Part shown: positions 48,492 through 56,655 of the stretch, one piece after another
Layout: every line of letters begins with the position of its first letter
Numbering within the stretch: the first letter of the stretch is position 1
NCBI GenBank assembly: GCA_963730155.1
Contig: CAVSQV010000003.1
Location: 1,123,226 to 1,187,225 of the forward strand
Length of the DNA stretch: 64,000 nt
Source of the DNA: an uncultured Acidobacteriota bacterium
GTDB lineage: Bacteria > Acidobacteriota > Thermoanaerobaculia > Multivoradales > JBCCEF01
Direction: 5' to 3'
Position numbers and translations under genes: made by a program
Notes under the pieces: generated by a model
Seen by the model: only the letters and a program-made list of their open reading frames with translations
What the model was told of the DNA's origin: nothing
Database searches by the model: none

Positions 48492-49697
48492 TCAGCCGAA
48501 CGCGGCGTCGAACGCCTCGGCGGCCGCCTCCGAGTCGGCGGCGCAGCCGCTCGCGGCGAGGCCGCGCGCGACCGCCTCGACCGTCCGCCGCAGCAGCTCG
48601 GGGCGGGTCACCGTCCAGCCCATGTGGCCGACGCGCAGGTAGGCACCGTCGACGTCCGGGTGGAGCCCGCCGGCGACCTCGGCGCCGTGGCCGGCGATCC
48701 GCCCGAGGAGCGCGCCGAGGTCGACCCCCGGCGGCAGCCGGAGCGCGCTCAAGGTGTCGGCGGCGAGCTCCGGGCGGACCGGCAGCGGAGCGAGGCCGAG
48801 GCGGCTCCAGGCCGCGTGCAGCGCCCGCGCCGCCCGCCGGTGGCGCTCGACCCGGACCTCGATCCCCTCGGCCGCGATCTCGCCCAGGCCGGCCTCGAGC
48901 GCCAGCACCAGGTTGGTGGCCGGAGTCGAGAAGTAGCTCGGCCGGCGCTCCTCGTAGGCCGACAGGATCGGCAGCCAGGCCTGCCAGTCGTAGTAGAGCG
49001 GCGGCGGCGCCGGCAGCGCCGCGCGCGCGGCGAGCGCGGTCGGGCTGGCCACCAGCAGCGCCAGCCCGGGCGGCAACCCGAGCGCCTTCTGCGACGCGGT
49101 CAGGAAGACGTCGACGCCCCACTCCGCCATCCGCATCTCCTCGCCGCCGGCCGAGCAGACGCCGTCGAAGACCGCGAGCGCCCCGTGCTCGCGGGCCAGC
49201 GCCGCGAGCGGCCGGGGATCGATCCGGACGCCGGTCGAGGTATCGACGTGGGTGACGAAGAGCGCCTTGATCCGGCCGCCGCGGGCGGCCCGCTCGAGCG
49301 CCTCGGCGACCCGCTCGACCGGCGGCGCGTCGCCGGGAGGGGCGGCGACGACCGTCACCTCGGCGCCGGCGCGCCGGAGCATCTCGGCCATCCGGCGCGA
49401 GAAGATCCCGGTCTCGACCACCACCGTCCGCTCCCCGGCCGCCACCAGGTTGAGCGCCGCCATCTCCATCGCCGCGGTGCCGCCGCCGGCGAGGACGAAC
49501 GGTTGGTGGCCGTCGCCCGCCAGCCAGACCCGGCGCATCAGCCCGAGCGCGGTGCCGAACGACTCGATCAGCCCGCGCCCCCGGTGGCTCGGCGGCGGCA
49601 CCGAGAAGGCCGCGAGCACGGCCGGCGACACCTCCACCGGGCCGGGGATCATCAGCAGCGGGCGCTCGTCGGCGTTTCGATCGACCATCGCGGGCAT
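48492..49697 (-). CDS. Class-V aminotransferase (serine-pyruvate / alanine-glyoxylate type)
   Basis: Contains LMIPGPVEV and SQKALGLPPG (PLP lysine). Start taken at MPAMVDRN, though ORF 48492..49748 also allows 49748. Confidence 0.85.
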   Translation of the reverse strand: MPAMVDRNADERPLLMIPGPVEVSPAVLAAFSVPPPSHRGRGLIESFGTALGLMRRVWLAGDGHQPFVLAGGGTAAMEMAALNLVAAGERTVVVETGIFSRRMAEMLRRAGAEVTVVAAPPGDAPPVERVAEALERAARGGRIKALFVTHVDTSTGVRIDPRPLAALAREHGALAVFDGVCSAGGEEMRMAEWGVDVFLTASQKALGLPPGLALLVASPTALAARAALPAPPPLYYDWQAWLPILSAYEERRPSYFSTPATNLVLALEAGLGEIAAEGIEVRVERHRRAARALHAAWSRLGLAPLPVRPELAADTLSALRLPPGVDLGALLGRIAGHGAEVAGGLHPDVDGAYLRVGHMGWTVTRPELLRRTVEAVARGLAASGCAADSEAAAEAFDAAFG

Positions 49698-49845
49698 CTC
49701 GCCCTCCCGGGCGGGCTTCTCCGGCCGCCGATGATACCGACTCGCCAACCGCCGCCCATGGTCTGAAGTTATGGGCTAGACTTGCGCGATTGCTATGTCG
49801 TTCTTGTGTTGCTCGGGGTAAACCGACGTCAGGGAGACCCTCGTC

Positions 49846-51810
49846 ATGCCTTCAAGCCCGATCCGTAGTGCGCACGCATTCCTCGCCGCACTCGCCGCTC
49901 TCTCCGTCCTCGCCGTAACCGCGCCGCCGGCGCGCGGCGCCGGCTTCCCGCCGATAACCGACGCCGATCGCGCGGTGACCGGCATCCCCGGCGAGCCGAA
50001 TCCGCCCGCGGTGGTGATCTTCCGGCGCGGACGCCTGAAGCTGCTCGAGTACCCGCGGGACGTCTACTCACAGCTCGACGTCGAGGTCCGGATCAAGGTC
50101 CTCGACGACCGCGGCAAGGAGATGTTCGGGGAGGTCGAGATTCCGCACAGCCGCTTCTACCGCCTGTCCGGTTTCCAGGGGCGCACCGTGCTCCCCGACG
50201 GGCGCGAGGTGCCGGTGGGCGAGGACTCGATCTTCGTCGACACCACGTCGCGGTCGCGGAAGCGATACGTCACCAAGGCGGCGTTTCCGGCCCTCGAGCC
50301 GGGCGCCATCCTCGACTACCGATACACCCTGCGCTGGGACAGCTTCCTCACCTTCGAGCCCTGGTACTTCGCCGACTGGGTGCCGACTTTGCGCTCCGAG
50401 ATCACCTACGTGGTGCCGGGCAACATGGCCGCCAAGCCGTGGGCCCGCGAGATCGGCGGCGCCGAGCTCCACGCCGAGAGCGGCCAGGACGTCCAGGGCC
50501 GGCTGGTCAAGGTCTGGGCCGACAACGTCCTGTCGATCCCCGATGAGCCCTGGTCGTTCCCGTTCGAGGACCTCTCCAGCCGCTTCCTGCTGGTGCCGAC
50601 CGAGGTCGCCACCGGCGACGGCGCGCTGGCGCTGCTGAGGTCGTGGGCGGACACCCGCGAGATCGCCGAGTACAACTACAACGAGGCGCGCAAGGGCAAG
50701 GGTGACGCGCGGCAACTGGCCAAGGACCTGACCGCGGGTGCCGTCACCCCGCGCGCCCGCGCCGAGGCGATCTACCGGTTCAGCCGCGACGAGATCCAGC
50801 ACGACGGCTTCATCGGCGTCTTCACCGGCGAGGGCTCGACCATCGGCCGGGTGCTCAAGGATCGCCGCGGCGGCGCTGCCGAGCAGGCCCTGGTGCTCGA
50901 AGAGATGCTCGACGCCGCCGGCCTCGTGCCCCGGCTGGTGTGGGCGGGGGACCGCCTCGACGGCCGCATCGATACCGAGATCGCCAACCCGGCGTGGTTC
51001 GAGCGCGTGCTCGCGATGATCGAGCTGGACGGCGAGCGGGTGTTCCTCGATCCGCTCGACCGCAACCTCGGCTTCGGTCAGCTCGCCCCGGGCTTCGAGG
51101 GCATGCCCGCCCTGCTCTACCAGCGCAAGCCCGAGGTGATCGAGCTGCCCTCCGCCGCAGCCGCCACCAACGTCCGCCGCGCCGAGCTGACGCTGGCGGT
51201 CGGCGCCGACGGCGGTGTCACCGGCGACGGCGCCCTGGCCTTGACCGGGCACCACGCGTGGCTCGCGCGCACGCAGACGGCGATCGACGGCGATCGCGAG
51301 CCGGCGGACTACTGGCGGCAGAGCCTCGAGAAATCGTTCCCGGACTACGAGGTCGACGGCGTGGAGGTCGCGGACGACGTCGACGGCCGCCGGATCACGG
51401 TGACCTGGAAGCTCGCCCTGCGCGAGGAGGAGCTGCTGGAGGACGAGGTGACGATCTGGCCGAGCCGCCCGATCGGCCCCGCCGTCCAGCAGTTCGCGCT
51501 CTCCCCGGAGACGCGCCTGACGCCGGTGCAGCTGTTGTTCGCCGACGTCGACGAGGTGGCGCTCACCGTCGCCTGGCCAGAGGGCTGGGCGGTCGAGCTG
51601 CGGCCCGACGATCTGACCCTGAGCAACGCCACCGGCGCGGCCGAGCAGCGGGTCGAGATCGACGAGGCGGACCGGAAGCTGCGCTACAGCCGGCGCCTCG
51701 AGATCACCCACGCCGAGATCCCGTCCGGGCCGCAGTACGCCGCGCTGCGCAACCTCACCGCCGCCGCCGAGAAGGCCGATGCCCAGCCGCTGGTGCTGTC
51801 GGCTCGCTGA
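49846..51810 (+). CDS. DUF3857 / transglutaminase-like secreted protein, apparently lacking the catalytic Cys and His
   Basis: Signal peptide. Colinear with the next gene, but GGAAEQALVLEEMLDAAG replaces GDCKDKALLLIDLLAEVG. Confidence 0.65.
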   Translation: MPSSPIRSAHAFLAALAALSVLAVTAPPARGAGFPPITDADRAVTGIPGEPNPPAVVIFRRGRLKLLEYPRDVYSQLDVEVRIKVLDDRGKEMFGEVEIPHSRFYRLSGFQGRTVLPDGREVPVGEDSIFVDTTSRSRKRYVTKAAFPALEPGAILDYRYTLRWDSFLTFEPWYFADWVPTLRSEITYVVPGNMAAKPWAREIGGAELHAESGQDVQGRLVKVWADNVLSIPDEPWSFPFEDLSSRFLLVPTEVATGDGALALLRSWADTREIAEYNYNEARKGKGDARQLAKDLTAGAVTPRARAEAIYRFSRDEIQHDGFIGVFTGEGSTIGRVLKDRRGGAAEQALVLEEMLDAAGLVPRLVWAGDRLDGRIDTEIANPAWFERVLAMIELDGERVFLDPLDRNLGFGQLAPGFEGMPALLYQRKPEVIELPSAAAATNVRRAELTLAVGADGGVTGDGALALTGHHAWLARTQTAIDGDREPADYWRQSLEKSFPDYEVDGVEVADDVDGRRITVTWKLALREEELLEDEVTIWPSRPIGPAVQQFALSPETRLTPVQLLFADVDEVALTVAWPEGWAVELRPDDLTLSNATGAAEQRVEIDEADRKLRYSRRLEITHAEIPSGPQYAALRNLTAAAEKADAQPLVLSAR

Positions 51811-53701
51811 GCGCGGGCGGGCGGCGGCGGTCGCTGCGTCGGCCGCGGCGGCGCTCGCCGCCGGCCCGTTCGCCGCCGGGCCGCTCACCCGGCCCGCCGC
51901 GGCGGCCACCGTGCTCGACCAGCGGGTCACCCTCGAGATCGCCGGCGAGCGGGTGCGCGAGCACACGGTTCTCTCGGTGCGGCTCGACGGCCCCGCCGAC
52001 GTCGAGGCGTGGTCGAGCTATCCGGTCTACGTCGACGAGCACCGCACCCTGGTCGACGCGGCGGGCGCGGTGACCCACCCCGGCGGCGAGCGTCAGAGGG
52101 TCAAACGCCGCCATCGCGACGAGGTCGCCGCGTCGGGCGACGGCATCTTCCACGACTCGTCGCGCTTCCACCTGCTGCAGCTCCCCGGCCTGCGGCCGGG
52201 CTCGGTGGTCGAGATCGAGACCACCGTCGATGTCGCGCCCTACTACCCGGCCGGCGCCCTGCGCCTGGTCGGCGGCGACCGCATCGAGCGGCTGCGGGTC
52301 GAGGTGCGCGGCGCCGGCGCCGGCTGGCGCTGGCGGATCGACGGCCCGGCCGCGGGGCTGACCGCCGAGGAGACCGCCGGCGGCGTGGTCGTCACCGGCG
52401 CCGGGATCGAGCCGCCCGACCCGCCCGAGGCGAGCCCCGGCGGCGCGGCGATCCGGCCGGTCCTGCGCTACGGCTGGGGCGGCGACGGCACCTGGGCCGG
52501 CGTCGGCCGCTGGTACGCCGGCCTGCTCGAGACGCTGCCGCGCGCCGAGCCGGCGGTGCGCGAGCGCGCCCGGGCGCTGGCGGTCGAGGACCGCCGCGAG
52601 ACCCTCGAAGCGCTCACCGCCATGGTCCAGCGCGAGGTGCGCTACGTCGCGGTCGAGGTCGGCATCGGCGGCTACCGGCCGTCGCCCCCCGCGGAGACCT
52701 TCGAGCGCCGCTGGGGCGACTGCAAGGACAAGGCGCTGCTCCTGATCGACCTCCTGGCCGAGGTCGGCATCCCGGCCCACCCGGCGCTGGTGATGCTCGC
52801 CGACGGCGACCGCGTCGACGCCGAGTTCCCGGCGCCCGGGCAGTTCAACCACCTGATCGTGGCGGTGCCGGCGGCCGCGGTCGCGGCGAGCCCGACCGAC
52901 GCGGTGGCCGGCGGCTACCTCTTCGTCGACCCAACGCAGTCGGCCGGCGGCGCGCGCTGGCTCGGCCCGGGGGTCCAGGGCCACCACGCGCTGGTGGTAG
53001 TCCCCGGCGGCGGCGAGCTGGTGCGCCTGCCGGTGATCGCCGGCGGCGAGGGGACCGACCTGGTGGTCAACCTCCACGTCGACTCCGACGGCGGCGCGCG
53101 CGGCGGCGCCGGGCTCCACGTCCGCGGCCTCCTGGCCCAGGCCCTGATCGACCATAACTCGCGCGGCGAATCCCAGAGCGAGGGGGCGCTGCGCTCGATC
53201 TTCTCCGGCCTCGTGCCGGGCGCCGACCTCGCCGACGTCGGCTGGAACGCCGGCGACGGCCCGGTGCCCACGGTCGACCTCGCCGCCGCGGTCACGGTCC
53301 CGCGCCTCCTCCAGGGCGAGGGCGACCGGGCGTCGCTGATGCTGCCGGCGACGCGCTCGGGGCCCGACCCGCGGCTGGTCGGCGACCGCACCGAACCGCT
53401 GGTGACCGACGCCGGCGTCTACACGGTAACTTGGCACGTGGCGCTGCCGGAGGGATGCACCGCGCCGGAGGACGACGCCGTCGAATTCGCCAACGCCGCC
53501 GGCAGCTTCCGCCAGACGGTGACCCGCCGCGGCGAGGCCGGCTTCACCCTCGAGCGCGCCGTCGAGATCCACCACCGCTGGTACGGCCCGGAGCTCCTCC
53601 CCGCCCTCGGCGAGCTGAGCCTCGCGGAGAACCGCGCCCTCCGCAGGCGCCTCCGCTTCGCCTGCCCGCCGGGCCGAACCGACCCCGCGGCGGCGCCGTA
53701 A
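51779..53701 (+). CDS. DUF3857 / transglutaminase-like secreted protein with an intact Cys-His-Asp core; start uncertain
   Basis: The pieces WGDCKDKALLLIDLL, QFNHLIV and FVDP fit a transglutaminase-core triad. Confidence 0.7.
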   Translation: MPSRWCCRLAERGRAAAVAASAAAALAAGPFAAGPLTRPAAAATVLDQRVTLEIAGERVREHTVLSVRLDGPADVEAWSSYPVYVDEHRTLVDAAGAVTHPGGERQRVKRRHRDEVAASGDGIFHDSSRFHLLQLPGLRPGSVVEIETTVDVAPYYPAGALRLVGGDRIERLRVEVRGAGAGWRWRIDGPAAGLTAEETAGGVVVTGAGIEPPDPPEASPGGAAIRPVLRYGWGGDGTWAGVGRWYAGLLETLPRAEPAVRERARALAVEDRRETLEALTAMVQREVRYVAVEVGIGGYRPSPPAETFERRWGDCKDKALLLIDLLAEVGIPAHPALVMLADGDRVDAEFPAPGQFNHLIVAVPAAAVAASPTDAVAGGYLFVDPTQSAGGARWLGPGVQGHHALVVVPGGGELVRLPVIAGGEGTDLVVNLHVDSDGGARGGAGLHVRGLLAQALIDHNSRGESQSEGALRSIFSGLVPGADLADVGWNAGDGPVPTVDLAAAVTVPRLLQGEGDRASLMLPATRSGPDPRLVGDRTEPLVTDAGVYTVTWHVALPEGCTAPEDDAVEFANAAGSFRQTVTRRGEAGFTLERAVEIHHRWYGPELLPALGELSLAENRALRRRLRFACPPGRTDPAAAP

Positions 53702-53709
53702 CAGCGGTC

Positions 53710-53805
53710 ATGACCGCACGAAGGCTGCTCTACGGCGGGCTCACCGCGCTGATCGCACTGTCGTTCCTGGCCCAGATGCTGAGGGGGGAGTGCCCGGTGC
53801 CGTGA
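53710..53805 (+). CDS. Possible 31-aa single-TM peptide
   Basis: MTARRLLYGGLTALIALSFLAQMLRGECPVP begins 9 nt after the preceding stop. Too short to verify. Confidence 0.25.
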   Translation: MTARRLLYGGLTALIALSFLAQMLRGECPVP

Positions 53806-53812
53806 GGCTCGA

Positions 53813-54631
53813 ATGATCCGGGTGATTGACGGGTACGAGCGCACCAGGTATCATTCCGTCTGGATCGTGCGAGAACGAGACCTTCCGATGAGCGACCTCC
53901 TAGCCGACCGCCTGACGATCGTCGAGCTCTCGAGCGACGAGCGACGCCTCTTGGCGCGCAGCCATCCGGAGATCGAGCCCGGCGCGCCGGCGGTGGTGAT
54001 CTCGGGCCGCCGGAGCCTCGCCGTCTTCTCCGAGGCGACGGAGCGGGACGCCGGCCCGGCGGGATGGGACGTCGCCTATCCGGCGGCCGAGGAGACGGCG
54101 AGCGAGGTGCGCGAGCCGGCGCTCGCGGCCCTGGCCTTCGGCGGTGCCGAGCCGCCGCTCCCGGGCGCCGTCCTGCTCGGCGACCTGGTCGACGTGCTCA
54201 CCCCCGATCTGCGGGTGGCGAGCACAGCGGCGGTCGCCCAGGCCCGGCGCAACGCGCTCGCCCGCGCCGAGCTGGCGCGGGAGTTCGGGCTCCTGACCAG
54301 CATCGACGTGGCCGGCCTCGCCGGTTCCAGGGCGCGCAACCGCGCCGCCCTGGCCAACCGCTGGAAACAGGAGGGGCGGCTGTTCGCCGTCCCGCACGGA
54401 GGCCAGCAGCTCTGGCCCGGCTTCCAGCTCGACGAAGAGGGGCAGCCGCGGCCCGCGATCGCCGAGGTGCTCGAGATCCTCGGCCCCGAGTTGCCGCCGT
54501 GGCAGATCGCGCTCTGGTTCACGAGCCGAAGCGGGTGGCTCGACGGGGAGCGGCCGGTGGACCTGCTGGCGAGCGAGCCCGTGCGAGTCGTCGAGGCCGC
54601 CCGGCGAGACGGCGAGCCGCCCGCCTTCTGA
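53813..54631 (+). CDS. Xre/ParS/MbcA-type antitoxin (C-terminal DUF2384-like toxin-binding domain) with an unusually long N-terminal extension
   Basis: The C-terminus WQIALWFTSRSGWLDGERPVDLLASEPVRVVEAARR is DUF2384-like. It lies immediately upstream of the RES gene. An alternative start is possible at 53888. Confidence 0.65.
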   Translation: MIRVIDGYERTRYHSVWIVRERDLPMSDLLADRLTIVELSSDERRLLARSHPEIEPGAPAVVISGRRSLAVFSEATERDAGPAGWDVAYPAAEETASEVREPALAALAFGGAEPPLPGAVLLGDLVDVLTPDLRVASTAAVAQARRNALARAELAREFGLLTSIDVAGLAGSRARNRAALANRWKQEGRLFAVPHGGQQLWPGFQLDEEGQPRPAIAEVLEILGPELPPWQIALWFTSRSGWLDGERPVDLLASEPVRVVEAARRDGEPPAF

Positions 54632-54633
54632 CG

Positions 54634-55269
54634 ATGTTCCCGCCGGCTCCGCCCGAGCCGTGGGCGCTCGACCCGCTGGTCTCGGTCTGGAGCGCCGGCA
54701 AGCCGCTGGTGCGCGTCCACGACCGCCGGTTCGGCCCGGCTTCGTTCAACCCCGGCGGCGGGCGCGGGCGCTTCCATCCCTTCACCCGCGAGGACGGCGC
54801 CCCGGTGCCGACGCTCTACGCGGCCGACACCGTGGACGGCGCCCTCTCGGAGACAGCCTTCCGCGCCGTGCCGGTCCGCGGGCCGGCCCGCCGTCTCGCC
54901 GCCACCCGCCTCGGTCCCCTGCGCCTCTCGGTGCTGATGCCCGGCCGCGACCTGCGGCTCGCCGCCCTCCACGGCCATGGGCTGCGCCGGCTGGGCCTCG
55001 ACCGCCGCGAGCTGATCGATACCGAGGCCTCCGCCTACGAGCGGACCATCCCCTGGGCCGCCGCCCTGCACGCCGCCCCGATCGGCCTCGACGGCCTGGA
55101 ATGGGTGTCGCGCCAGCACGACACCAGCCGGGCCGTCCTGCTGTTCGGCGACCGGATCGCGCCGGGCATCCTCTCGGTGAGGTCGGGACCGATCGCGCTG
55201 GATCGCGGGCCGGGCTGGGACCTGGTGCTGCAGGCGGCCGAAGAGGCCGGGATCCTGATCGTGCTGTGA
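54634..55269 (+). CDS. RES-domain toxin (NAD+-degrading family)
   Basis: Contains GRGRFHP, LYAADTVDGALSETAF and WVSRQ (R/E/S pattern). The ATG lies 2 nt after the antitoxin stop. Confidence 0.8.
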   Translation: MFPPAPPEPWALDPLVSVWSAGKPLVRVHDRRFGPASFNPGGGRGRFHPFTREDGAPVPTLYAADTVDGALSETAFRAVPVRGPARRLAATRLGPLRLSVLMPGRDLRLAALHGHGLRRLGLDRRELIDTEASAYERTIPWAAALHAAPIGLDGLEWVSRQHDTSRAVLLFGDRIAPGILSVRSGPIALDRGPGWDLVLQAAEEAGILIVL

Positions 55270-55381
55270 CTACCGAAGACCTGACTATCCGAAGATCTCG
55301 TCCAACGGCACCCGCAGGCCCGGGAAGGCGAGGCTGGTCAGCTCCTCGCCCGCCCTCCGGCCACTACCGCCGCTCCCCCCC

Positions 55382-55783
55382 TCACCGCCCTCGGCCGATC
55401 ACCGGGAGCTGGCCGCGGTGCAGCCAGAGGACCACGAGGCTCGCCGCCAGTACGATCACCGCCAGCCCGAACAGCAGCCCGCCGTCGCCCTGGACCTCGA
55501 CGCCGAGGAACGCCAGGTGGCTGACGACGGCGCCGGCGACCAGGCCGGCCGCGAGCAGCGCGCCCCAGGCCGCGGTCCGCGGCCAGAGCAGGAGCGCCGC
55601 GGCGACCAGCTCGAAGACGCCGGTGGCGATCCGCCCCCAGGGCTCGACCCCCAGAGTGCCGAAGATGTAGACCGACTCCGGCGCCCCGTTGAACTTGAAC
55701 CAGAGCGTCTGGAGCAGGATCCCGGCGGCGACCAGCCGCGCGATCCAGCTCACGACCGTAGCGGCGCGAGACGACTCGACCAT
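55382..55783 (-). CDS. DoxX-family membrane protein
   Basis: Four hydrophobic segments and the motif LLQTLWFKFNGAPESVYIF. Confidence 0.7.
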   Translation of the reverse strand: MVESSRAATVVSWIARLVAAGILLQTLWFKFNGAPESVYIFGTLGVEPWGRIATGVFELVAAALLLWPRTAAWGALLAAGLVAGAVVSHLAFLGVEVQGDGGLLFGLAVIVLAASLVVLWLHRGQLPVIGRGR

Positions 55784-56013
55784 GGCGTTTCCTCCCGCTT
55801 CCGAACCCTATCCGAATGCCGGCGGCGGGCGGATTCGTCAGCCGGGACCGCGTGTTAGTGTCCGTGCCGGCACCTCGCATCCACAGGCCGGCCCCCCGGA
55901 CCGCGGCCCGGAGCGCGCGCCGGAGGGACCCGGGCAGAACCGCGCACGGACCGGACCCGTAGAGCGCCCGTATAGAGGACACGAGCGGCGCGTCCGGCGG
56001 CCGCGCCGGCGAG

Positions 56014-56655
56014 ATGCGTGAAGCCATGGTGAGTTCGACGGAGGAGGGACCGGATCTGACCACGATCACCGCGAACGAACGGCCAAGGACCGGAGCCGAC
56101 TCCGGGGTGGCCGCCGCGAACCTGCACCTGATCGCCCAGGGAATCGAGCTGCTGGCGAGGATCGACCCCGGGGTCTACAACGCGCCGCCTCCGGTGCCGA
56201 TGGGGACGATCGGCGGCCACTTCCGGCACTGCCTGGAGTTCTTCGAGCGCTTCCTCGCCGGGTTCGAGAGCGGGCGGGTCGACTACGACGCCCGCGAGCG
56301 CGATCCGCGGGTCGAGGTCGATCCGCTCCACGCCCGCGACCGGCTGGCGGCGGTCGCCGTGCGGCTGCGCGCGCTGCCGGAGGGCGCGGCCGACCGGGCG
56401 CTCGACGCGGTCCACGACCGCGACGGCGACGGCTCCTCGCTCGACGAGGCGCCGGCCGGCCGCTCCTCGGTGCGCCGGGAGCTCGACTTCCTGGCCAGCC
56501 ACACCACCCACCACTATGCCCTGATCGGCGCCCAGATGCGGCTCCACGGCGCCGAGCCGGGAGCCGACTTCGGCGTCGCCGCGTCGACCCTCGCGCATCG
56601 ACGCCGCGGTCTTGTAGGAGGGGGGCTGTTCCAGCCCCCCTCCCCGCGCGAGTGA
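56014..56655 (+). CDS. DinB-superfamily protein
   Basis: His-rich helical bundle cues: GGHFRHCLEF and SHTTHHYALI. Confidence 0.5.
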   Translation: MREAMVSSTEEGPDLTTITANERPRTGADSGVAAANLHLIAQGIELLARIDPGVYNAPPPVPMGTIGGHFRHCLEFFERFLAGFESGRVDYDARERDPRVEVDPLHARDRLAAVAVRLRALPEGAADRALDAVHDRDGDGSSLDEAPAGRSSVRRELDFLASHTTHHYALIGAQMRLHGAEPGADFGVAASTLAHRRRGLVGGGLFQPPSPRE

